Shown one piece after another: positions 24,392-31,629 of a stretch of DNA of 31,629 nucleotides. The stretch lies in the IMG/VR virus record IMGVR_UViG_3300028772_000005; one strand, given 5' to 3'. Numbering within the stretch: the first letter of the stretch is position 1; each line of letters opens with the position of its first letter. A model generated the notes under the pieces. It saw only the letters and a program-made list of their open reading frames with translations. It was not told where the DNA came from and did not search any database. The position numbers and the translations under genes were made by a program. Source of the stretch: a virus.

Positions 24392-26068
24392 TTATTTAAA
24401 TACCACCCAGTCCAGTGTTATATTTCCGAATATCCCTCCTACTAAAATGAAATCAAACGTGGTAGTCGTTTTATTTGAAACATAATGCGCAGCAGACCCC
24501 CCGATAATTGATGTTGGGGTTACACTTACTTTATATGACGTGTTCGGCATTGTTCCTCCTATCGATACTGTGTACACGGTAACAGTTGCCCCAGATATTG
24601 TAGCTGTAACTCCTACTCCAGAAAAAAAACCAGACAATATGTCACTCACATTAATGTAAGTATTTGAATCCACACTCCCATCGGCTTTTAAAAATTGGGA
24701 TGATGTACCTCCATTCTTTATAAAATTCCCATAAGCCTTAATATCTCCAAGTCCTGTAATTAAATCATCACTTATCATTTGCCCTTCCGAATGAATTATG
24801 TTAGATGAGTATATATTTCCGTTTACTGCTAATTGATTTCCTGTTAAATCCGGATTATCAAAAGCATATCCGATGTTTACCATATCGTTAAAGTAGGATT
24901 TACCATTCACCGCCAACTTATTATTAGTTATTTCAGTTCCTGAGGAGTAGCCTATTCCAACGTTTCCACCACTTGTAATTGTAAGTCTTGTGGTACCTAA
25001 ACTTGTATCATATATACTAAATCCATCCTGACTTTCATTTGTTTGACCAGCAACTAAAGAAAAGCCATGACCAGATGTATTTATAATATTAAACCTTGAA
25101 GACGCTTGATTTCCTGTTGTAATAGTTGTAATTCCACTTACTATAGACAATGGACTATCAATCAACACCCCACTACTTTTCATAGGGATGTAATTTGTTG
25201 TTAGGTTTGTTGGGGTAATCCCTGTTGTTTGGACAGCTGATGAAAAAGTGGCTGAACCTGTTAAATTGATACTACCACTTTGAGCGGATGATGGGTTTAG
25301 TAATACAGCCCCCGTAAGAGATGTTAAATAACTTCCCGGTGGTTGTTTATTGTTAAATACATTAAAATTCGCTGCCGTTAATATACCATCGGTCGATGTA
25401 CTTGCGTTTGGAATACTTAATTGTACCCCACTTCCAATAACAGCCCCTGTTCCACCTGCTACCGACATACTCGCCACTGAACTTGTTAGATTTCCAAAAG
25501 TCAAAGCGTTTTGTTTTCCATTAAATGTTGACCAATCAGTATTTAATAGGTAGCCCGAATTTGAAGAACTTGCAGCGCCTAATTTTGTCTTAATAGATGT
25601 TAATGTTTCGTCTCCAGTATTTGTTCCTGATACTGCATTTAAAGCAGTAATATTTGAATGGATGTCCGTAGAGTAAGTTCCTGCCGCCTGCTTCCCATTT
25701 AAAGCCGTTTGAGTAGCCGTACTGATAGGTTTGTTTGTATCGGATGTATTGTCCACGCTTCCCAATCCAACCTGCGATTTGGTCACAGAATGAGGATTTG
25801 AAGTACTTGAAATGTGAGCCTGTATGTTTGAGTTTGCAGGTTCTTTGGTGTTTATTCGATTCGACAAACTTGCAGTATCAGTTTTAATAGATGCAACCGC
25901 CCGTGCAGAACCATTACCAAGCAATACGCTGTCGACCGTAGATCCTGTGCGAATAAATTTAGGAGATGTAATATCACCCGTTACGATTACCTTATTGAAT
26001 CGTTGGGGAGCCTGCCCCATTGACAAGATAGAAATAAATACCAATAAAAATAAAATAGCTTTTTTCAT
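24392..26068 (-). CDS. Tail-fibre-like protein with an N-terminal signal-peptide-like sequence
   Basis: The N-terminus is MKKAILFLLVFISILSMGQAP. It contains the fibre motif SNPHSVTKSQVGLGSVDNTSDTNKPISTATQTALNGK and repeated G-x-L-x-x-x-D/N-W/F-x-x-F-N-x-KQ motifs. Composition is S/T/G/N-rich. Confidence 0.6.
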   Translation of the reverse strand: MKKAILFLLVFISILSMGQAPQRFNKVIVTGDITSPKFIRTGSTVDSVLLGNGSARAVASIKTDTASLSNRINTKEPANSNIQAHISSTSNPHSVTKSQVGLGSVDNTSDTNKPISTATQTALNGKQAAGTYSTDIHSNITALNAVSGTNTGDETLTSIKTKLGAASSSNSGYLLNTDWSTFNGKQNALTFGNLTSSVASMSVAGGTGAVIGSGVQLSIPNASTSTDGILTAANFNVFNNKQPPGSYLTSLTGAVLLNPSSAQSGSINLTGSATFSSAVQTTGITPTNLTTNYIPMKSSGVLIDSPLSIVSGITTITTGNQASSRFNIINTSGHGFSLVAGQTNESQDGFSIYDTSLGTTRLTITSGGNVGIGYSSGTEITNNKLAVNGKSYFNDMVNIGYAFDNPDLTGNQLAVNGNIYSSNIIHSEGQMISDDLITGLGDIKAYGNFIKNGGTSSQFLKADGSVDSNTYINVSDILSGFFSGVGVTATISGATVTVYTVSIGGTMPNTSYKVSVTPTSIIGGSAAHYVSNKTTTTFDFILVGGIFGNITLDWVVFK

Positions 26069-26198
26069 GATTTAATAAGTTGTTTGATTATTTTAAACAT
26101 TTCTTTTTGTGCTGTAAAAGTTGACATTAAAAATATTGTGATGTATAAGTATTTGAATATCAGATATATTTTCCTTTGATAAAGGTAAATTAACGTAA

Positions 26199-27632
26199 TC
26201 ATATGTTATACTTTATGATTTGAATTTTAACAACTCCGCCAGATACGTTTACCTGTAAATTACCTGCGTTTGTTAAATGTAGATTAGCAGAACACGGGTA
26301 AATATCTTCTCCGGTCATATCTCCTGTATTTATTCCGGGGATGTTTATTATTGGATTACCTGAAACTTTGAAAACGTTAATATCTCGTATGTAAGTATTA
26401 GCAGGGATTGGTATGTCTACCCTTGCCGATGCTTCAGTAACCGATAAAATATAAGTGGGATTTGCAGAAACTACAGATCCAGCATCTTGAGTACTTCCAT
26501 CGTCAAAAGTTAATATTAGGTGTCCATTTTCATTTATCAAAGCGGTAAAGCTTCCACCTGTATTTTTTAACTTAATAATCCAATACGAAGCAATATAAGG
26601 GGGCATATTATTGTGAGCTTGCCCACCACCTAAACTATCAGTTTTTCCAAGCGTTGGAACGGCTCCCGAATTTGCAGCATACAGTTTATATGCGTTATTG
26701 TCATCGTCCTGAACATTTCCTGTGGCTTCGGTTGCGATTGATCTGTCAATCGGAGATGTTGCTAATGTTCCGTTTCCACCCCGTGGAGCATTTACGACTG
26801 TTTTAAAACTATGTGCCGGTATTTTTTCAATCGTTAAAGTTTCATCTTTTGTTCCCCCGATAGACCTATTAATAAATCCAGTTCCTTGCTGAATTATAGA
26901 TGATCCTGGTGCAATATATGGAATTGAAAATGAATCTGCAGTTATACCCCAAGGATTGGCTTCAGACCCTAAAGCGACATATAATTGATTGTAAGCCGAT
27001 TTTAGGTACCACGTCTGAACAGATGGTATAATAGCCCAATCTTGCGGAATTGTAGTTGTTAATCCCATCCATGGCATAATTGAACCGGCAACAGATGCCC
27101 CGATTGCACCGCTATTTTTTAAAGCTGCAATAGCATTATCAATATATGATTGAGATGCTGCATCAATATTTATGCGAGCCTGTGATTTTTGTGGAGTGGT
27201 TAAAGTTTGAAGTGTGTATTTAATTGATTCACCGCCTGGATTACCAAAATCAATTGTATGGACAAGGGTAGTATTTACTAAATCGTCACTCAGTGCGTAA
27301 TAATTCCGCTTTCCATCATCTGTATTGTGAAAGAAAAACATATCATTTGACTTATCAACAACATTCCATGCTCCTGATAATTTAGCAAATACGCTGCAAT
27401 TAGCAGATATTAATATGAAGTATTCGCCATCCATACCAACAGTCGAATCTGGCATATTTTCGGATGGAGCAATTGAGAGTTTTAGATACGGAATGTTACC
27501 GGCTTTATTATTAAGTGTTTCAAGTATGTCTAATTTTATACCACCATCTAAAGCAGGATCAATTGAAAGCGGGGCGGATAGTGCAGAATAAACAACTATT
27601 TCGGAATTGACAATGGTTACTGCTTTTTTCAT
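26199..27632 (-). CDS. Tail fibre protein with a phage tail-collar domain
   Basis: GSIMPWMG...IPQDWAIIP...YNQLYVALGSEANPWG...FSIPYIAPG...GGTKDETLTIEKIPAHSF fits the Collar (PF07484-type) pattern. Confidence 0.65.
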   Translation of the reverse strand: MKKAVTIVNSEIVVYSALSAPLSIDPALDGGIKLDILETLNNKAGNIPYLKLSIAPSENMPDSTVGMDGEYFILISANCSVFAKLSGAWNVVDKSNDMFFFHNTDDGKRNYYALSDDLVNTTLVHTIDFGNPGGESIKYTLQTLTTPQKSQARINIDAASQSYIDNAIAALKNSGAIGASVAGSIMPWMGLTTTIPQDWAIIPSVQTWYLKSAYNQLYVALGSEANPWGITADSFSIPYIAPGSSIIQQGTGFINRSIGGTKDETLTIEKIPAHSFKTVVNAPRGGNGTLATSPIDRSIATEATGNVQDDDNNAYKLYAANSGAVPTLGKTDSLGGGQAHNNMPPYIASYWIIKLKNTGGSFTALINENGHLILTFDDGSTQDAGSVVSANPTYILSVTEASARVDIPIPANTYIRDINVFKVSGNPIINIPGINTGDMTGEDIYPCSANLHLTNAGNLQVNVSGGVVKIQIIKYNI

Positions 27633-28204
27633 TTGTTATTTTTTTTCTTACTATTTTCCTTCATTATGTCTTGGTGTGCTTTTTCACAACGTTTAATTGC
27701 TGCATTCTGGTCGATCGATTGAATTACTAAGTGCATCGGTAAATCATAAGCTTTTAACGTTCCGATACCTTCAAATGATCCCACCGTCCTTGCCATCCCT
27801 AAATCACCGAAATTTAGCTTTCCAAATCCTGCATTCTTTTGATCATCCGAAAGTTCGGGTTGTTTAATATTTGAAATTGCATCAGTAATATCTTTAACTC
27901 CATCCTTCGCAAATTTCAAAGTTTCAAGATACTTTTTAACATTAATCTTTAGCGGATTAGTTTTAAATAATATTTTGTTTAGCAAAGATAATTTATCTTT
28001 TTCAATTTTCAAAAGATAACGCACAATTTCAATATCATTTGCTAATTGTGTAATCGTTGCAAATTGATCGAGTGTCCAATAAAGATGTTTTCCGAGTTCA
28101 ATTTTTCGGGATTCAACAAGATTTATAATATCTTCTTGTTTAATTAATCCACGCCCGAGCGCCTGGAAAAGTTTTTTTGTGCTATCATTTGCTTTTAGCT
28201 TCAT
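27629..28204 (-). CDS. Hypothetical virion/neck protein
   Basis: 191-aa ORF overlapping both neighbours by 4 nt. Confidence 0.45.
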   Translation of the reverse strand: MKLKANDSTKKLFQALGRGLIKQEDIINLVESRKIELGKHLYWTLDQFATITQLANDIEIVRYLLKIEKDKLSLLNKILFKTNPLKINVKKYLETLKFAKDGVKDITDAISNIKQPELSDDQKNAGFGKLNFGDLGMARTVGSFEGIGTLKAYDLPMHLVIQSIDQNAAIKRCEKAHQDIMKENSKKKNNK

Positions 28205-28647
28205 CTTAAAAATATATCATAAATTTTCAAAATATCATCGTATTCAAATTTATTCAATGGAGGATAGATAGTTAAATTAAGATAGTAATCAAAATACGGT
28301 TTTATAGGGTTAGGAATATTAATTGTTAAATAATACTTTTCTAACCTCGATGCACAATACCCACGTATTTCGGACGTGATTGCATCCTCCTCCGCCCGCA
28401 CTGAATAGGCGAGATTTTTTTCGACCGATCCGTAACGGGTTAATACTATTTTCCTACGCAACAGCAAAGAGTAAACAAGAGCATGTAGCAAGTCAACTGT
28501 TTTCTCGTCTGCGAATAATTCGGTAGATGGAAAGTATGCATCTTTAATGTCAGAATCTGCAAGTGTTATTTGTCCTTCGCTTTTCAGAGTTGATACCGGA
28601 TATCCTTTTGCGATTAAAGATGTAGCCGTTACGATTGGAATTGCCAT
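28201..28647 (-). CDS. Hypothetical head-tail joining region protein (track ORF 28201..28737 trimmed to the ATG at 28647)
   Basis: The 30-codon 5' extension of the track ORF coincides with the tRNA-like element. MAIPIVTATS... starts 20 nt after that element. Confidence 0.45.
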   Translation of the reverse strand: MAIPIVTATSLIAKGYPVSTLKSEGQITLADSDIKDAYFPSTELFADEKTVDLLHALVYSLLLRRKIVLTRYGSVEKNLAYSVRAEEDAITSEIRGYCASRLEKYYLTINIPNPIKPYFDYYLNLTIYPPLNKFEYDDILKIYDIFLR

Positions 28648-28666
28648 AATTTTAAATTTTGTTTTG

Positions 28667-28736
28667 TTGCGGTCGCCAGACTCGAACTGAAACGCAAGCT
28701 TATGAGACTTGCATGTTACCTTTACAATACCCCGCA
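28667..28736 (-). tRNA. tRNA-like element with a CAT anticodon loop (degenerate tRNA-Met-like, or a tRNA-derived fragment)
   Basis: Minus sense reads TGCGGGG TA TTGT AAAGGTA ACAT G CAAGT CTCATAA GCTTG CGT TTCAG TTCGAGT CTGGC GACCGCA A. The anticodon arm is well formed (5 bp, loop CU-CAU-AA) and the T-loop is a canonical GTTCGAGTC. The acceptor stem pairs 5/7, the D stem 3/4 and the T stem 4/5, and the variable loop is only 3 nt. Confidence 0.35.
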
Positions 28737-28743
28737 ATATTTA

Positions 28744-28776
28744 TTAAAAAGAAGGGTGGCGATTAACCACCCTTCC
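28744..28776 (-). terminator. Strong intrinsic terminator closing the terminase-to-capsid operon
   Basis: In minus sense, GAAGGGTGG TTAATCG CCACCCTTC forms a 9-bp GC-rich stem followed by TTTTT. Confidence 0.75.
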
Positions 28777-28826
28777 GAAACCAAACAACAAAATCAATAA
28801 ATCAATAAACCAACAACAAAACAGAA

Positions 28827-29003
28827 TTATTTAGATTCTTCTTTTTTCTTTTTAGGTTTTTCTTCCTCTTTATCAACTTCTTCAACACTTTCAAGACTTT
28901 TTGCAAAGCCTTTTTTGATTAATATAGCGGAATACTCCATATCTATGTCAAGTTGTTTGCCAAATTCAAGGAGTCTAAATGGTTTAATTATTTCGATTTT
29001 CAT
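28827..29003 (-). CDS. Possible 58-aa protein with a Lys/Glu-rich tail
   Basis: Hand translation gives MKIEIIKPFRLLEFGKQLDIDMEYSAILIKKGFAKSLESVEEVDKEEEKPKKKKEESK. It lies between the capsid gene and the terminator. Confidence 0.35.
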   Translation of the reverse strand: MKIEIIKPFRLLEFGKQLDIDMEYSAILIKKGFAKSLESVEEVDKEEEKPKKKKEESK

Positions 29004-29048
29004 AATTTTACTTTTAAACGGGGAGCTTTTACACTTCCCGTTAGTTTA

Positions 29049-30287
29049 TCACGCTGGAGTCAGGTCTGTAATAATCCCGGCTATCGAATCGTAAATAGTA
29101 GTAACAATGTCTGTTCCACGAATAACAATACCTTCATTCAGGTATTCAGCCAAAATGCTGATTTGATTTTTCTTGAAGTTATCACCGGAAACACCACGAC
29201 CGTTTAACTCATCTGATCCAACCCATAAGCCATCGTTATAAAAACGAACCGATAAAGCATCGACCCATCCGAAAATCTTATCAGATGTATAAGTTGCATC
29301 AGCGATAAAGTTTTCAATTAACAAATCAGGATAAGAAATTTTAGCCAATTTATTTTCGTTTGCATCTTTCAAAAGGTTTAATGCCTTTTGTTGTTCACTC
29401 GAAATTGCAATGTGGATAGTTTTACCCTGTGCATATTGACGTAATTGCCAGTAAGCAACTTCAATTACATCGGCAATCGTTGGAGTTCCAACATTTACTT
29501 TTGCAGTTGTAACGATAGGATTGTTTGCAGTAGCTAAAACCCCGGCAACCTGTAGAGATATTTTATCCTCAATATCTCCTTTCAAATCATCTTCGTAAAG
29601 AGATTGAACGCCATTGATTGCTTTCAAAAGTTGAACCGGAACAGTTACACCCTGAGCTAAAGTAGACAATGCTAACGTACTGTTTGCAGTAGTGTTTGTT
29701 TTGAAAGGTTTATCAGCACCAATGGCAACGATGGCAGCGACGTTTGCACCCCTTGTGCCTTCCGTCCAAATAATTTGATTTGTACCTTCTGCCTGATTCA
29801 TTTCTTTCAGACCAGCAAGCATACCGGAGTTACGCAACTTTTGAGAAAAGCTAAACTCTTCCTCGATGGTTTTTGTGAACGTTCCGTTGTTTGCGTTAAA
29901 AACTCTAAGTCTACCATTGTTTTTAACCATGGCATCAAAATTCATATTCTTTGCTTTTGCTTCCCCGGAACCTAAGTTTTTTTGTTTGGTCTCAAAATTA
30001 CGGATGGCAACATTTACGGCTGCAACTTTTGCATCTGTAATCTTATTACTCACCTTTGATTTTTCGGCATTGTCCTTAATCTTTTCAGCAAGATCAGTCA
30101 TTTTCTGCAACAGTTCGTTTGTTGCGGCTTGATCTCCTGCCTGATCAGGATTTGCACCTTCGCCCATTGCGTTGATTGATGCGGTCAAAGCATCGATTTC
30201 AGATTGTAATTCGGGTGGGATTTCTCCTCCGCCCTGCGTTAAAGCCGTCATTGTTAACGCCAACAAATTTAAAAGAATTTCTTTCAT
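29049..30287 (-). CDS. Major capsid protein, HK97 fold, with an N-terminal coiled-coil delta-like domain
   Basis: 412 aa, immediately after the prohead protease (ATGA overlap). The first roughly 100 aa are charged and helical. The remainder has HK97-like composition and motifs (GADKPFKT..., SLYEDDLKGDIEDK). Confidence 0.75.
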   Translation of the reverse strand: MKEILLNLLALTMTALTQGGGEIPPELQSEIDALTASINAMGEGANPDQAGDQAATNELLQKMTDLAEKIKDNAEKSKVSNKITDAKVAAVNVAIRNFETKQKNLGSGEAKAKNMNFDAMVKNNGRLRVFNANNGTFTKTIEEEFSFSQKLRNSGMLAGLKEMNQAEGTNQIIWTEGTRGANVAAIVAIGADKPFKTNTTANSTLALSTLAQGVTVPVQLLKAINGVQSLYEDDLKGDIEDKISLQVAGVLATANNPIVTTAKVNVGTPTIADVIEVAYWQLRQYAQGKTIHIAISSEQQKALNLLKDANENKLAKISYPDLLIENFIADATYTSDKIFGWVDALSVRFYNDGLWVGSDELNGRGVSGDNFKKNQISILAEYLNEGIVIRGTDIVTTIYDSIAGIITDLTPA

Positions 30288-30919
30288 TTGTGTAATTGTT
30301 TTTTAAAATTAGTAAATTGTTTAAATGCGTTGACGTTCAACGCTTTTTTCTTTTCTATGTAATTTTTGTAAATATTTTCCTGTTTTGTTTTTGCATGGTT
30401 CATTACTGCAAAAGAATTTAACCCAACAAATCCCAAATTAAAAATAGCTTCATCGGATGTTAACCACCACTCATTCGATATTAAAGTTCTAAGTTCCTCG
30501 ATTGGCTTTCCGGAGCGGGCAACTAAATTTTTAAGTAGAATATCATTTTCGATCTTATCTAACATATCCGCCTGACTTCTCATTTCGGTAGCCGTTCCAT
30601 TCAATCCGCCTGCCGGCTTATGGTTCATTACCATTGCGCCTTTTGAAATGTTAACAATATCATTTTCATCAAACAACAAATTGGCCGCACTTGCACAAAT
30701 TCCAAGTATGTTAAATGTTTTTGTTGCCTGGGAGTTTTTAATTATAGCCCGAATTGCCACCGATGCGAACACCTCACCTCCGTAACAATCAATATTAACT
30801 ATTAATTCATCACCCGATGATAATGAACCAATTTGATCTTTAACAAGCGACGGAGAAACCTCACCTACATTCTCAATGCAAGAAACAATATCACCAAATA
30901 TGTTAAGTTCTTTTACCAT
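30284..30919 (-). CDS. Prohead (head maturation) protease, ClpP/S14-like
   Basis: GGEVFASVAI ... ICASAANLL (Ser nucleophile context) ... MVMNHKPAGG (His context). It is placed between the portal and capsid genes. Confidence 0.75.
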   Translation of the reverse strand: MVKELNIFGDIVSCIENVGEVSPSLVKDQIGSLSSGDELIVNIDCYGGEVFASVAIRAIIKNSQATKTFNILGICASAANLLFDENDIVNISKGAMVMNHKPAGGLNGTATEMRSQADMLDKIENDILLKNLVARSGKPIEELRTLISNEWWLTSDEAIFNLGFVGLNSFAVMNHAKTKQENIYKNYIEKKKALNVNAFKQFTNFKKQLHK

Positions 30920-30923
30920 CTCT

Positions 30924-31629
30924 TTAAATTTGCTGTTCTGGAGTTGCGTTTACCGCCTCGCTAACCCCAATATTAACACCTTGTAATATTAATTTTGCCT
31001 GATCCTTCGATATTTGAGGGATTGCGCTAATTATTATTTCAATTGCAGATGATGGGGTTATTAATCCACCTGACACGCTCGCCAAAATCTCAAGTAGACT
31101 AGATATTTGAGCACCGTTTAACGAAATATTTTGCGATTGATCAATCCCTTTATCTTCTTCGGCAATTGTTTTATAGTCAATGTCCAAACCTATTTCACTT
31201 TTAACGAACTTACAAAAACTTTCACAATATTTCGAGTGATTCTCATACAGTATTTTATTTGCTTCTTCATAATTTGCAAATGTTTGCCCGGAAGATGGAA
31301 GTAAAACAAACGGAACACCCAGTTTTGAACACATAAATTCTTCACAAATTCGTTTAGTGTCAAGTATTCCGAGCTTCGTCGAGTCAAATGTTATTGTTTT
31401 AACATCTACTTCTCTCTTAAATATAAGCATGTTGCTTTGCTCGTTTGTCGAAACCCCGTGTTTTTCGGATAAACGCTTTTCCATTTCTTCGATTTCATCA
31501 TCTTTCAGTGTTGAGAAAACAGGAGAACCACTTGGCGTTTTTGGAGATATTATGCTAACAAACCCGCTCTTACTCATGCCGTTTTTTTGGCAACTCAGGG
31601 CTATGTTATAGAGTCGTTGGTATGGCTCG
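30924..31629 (-). CDS. Portal protein, C-terminal part (the frame stays open to the right window edge; joins 1..576)
   Basis: ORF 30924..31577 begins at an internal Met. The same frame continues through 31629, matching the translation of 1..127. ICEEFMCSKLGVPFVLLPSSG resembles the conserved portal segment. Confidence 0.8.
   Translation of the reverse strand, partial: EPYQRLYNIALSCQKNGMSKSGFVSIISPKTPSGSPVFSTLKDDEIEEMEKRLSEKHGVSTNEQSNMLIFKREVDVKTITFDSTKLGILDTKRICEEFMCSKLGVPFVLLPSSGQTFANYEEANKILYENHSKYCESFCKFVKSEIGLDIDYKTIAEEDKGIDQSQNISLNGAQISSLLEILASVSGGLITPSSAIEIIISAIPQISKDQAKLILQGVNIGVSEAVNATPEQQI
31503..31629. repeat. Terminal direct repeat, copy 2 (identical to 1..127)
   Basis: Read by eye; see copy 1. 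Confidence 0.95.

Noticed and set aside
28667-28736. tRNA-like element as an attP site of a temperate phage
   Set aside because: I found no tyrosine or serine integrase, excision or repressor module anywhere in the closed genome. The only Xis-like HTH is a 50-60 aa early protein. A relic origin stays possible, but active integration is not supported.
28648-28737. N-terminal 30 codons of track ORF 28201..28737 (MRGIVKVTCKSHKLAFQFESGDRNKTKFKI)
   Set aside because: The segment coincides with the tRNA-like element and starts only a few nt after a terminator T-run. The internal ATG at 28647 gives a more plausible gene start.
1-31629. Diversity-generating retroelement or other targeted hypervariation acting on the two fibre genes
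   Set aside because: No reverse transcriptase ORF is present. I saw no template/variable repeat pair related to the fibre C-termini.

Overview
The window is a complete, circularly closed genome of a tailed dsDNA phage, about 31.5 kb. Bases 1-127 recur exactly at 31503-31629, giving a unique length of 31,502 bp, and the portal gene is split across the window ends. The sequence is AT-rich, roughly one-third GC by eye.

The genome has two arms:
- Plus-strand early arm (2587-15424): HTH protein, NUMOD4-HNH endonuclease, DPPY DNA methyltransferase, SF3 helicase, many small ORFs, a pentapeptide-repeat protein, an SMC/Rad50-like ATPase, a RecT-like annealase, an MBL-fold nuclease, an SSB-like protein ending in DLPF, and a MazG-like pyrophosphatase.
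- Minus-strand late arm (15440-31629 plus 1-2244): small and large terminase, HK97-type portal, ClpP-like prohead protease, HK97-type capsid, a tail-collar fibre, a second fibre-like protein, a lysis cassette (GH108 endolysin, candidate unimolecular spanin), and a tape-measure-like protein.

The arms diverge at an AT-rich control region (2245-2586) and converge on a bidirectional terminator near 15430. TAnnTTTG -7 boxes, A-rich leaders and the lack of Shine-Dalgarno sequences suggest a Bacteroidota host; this is inference. I saw no integrase, repressor, CRISPR array, reverse transcriptase or rRNA.

Most unusual items:
- a GC-rich pentapeptide-repeat gene built from near-perfect 15-bp repeats
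- a RecT module that pairs an SMC-like ATPase with an MBL-fold nuclease
- a degenerate tRNA-like element hidden under an ORF extension just after a strong terminator
- a 24-bp element present three times at early-operon boundaries
- a lysis cassette embedded inside the tail genes

No homology search was possible. All product calls rest on motifs recognised by eye.
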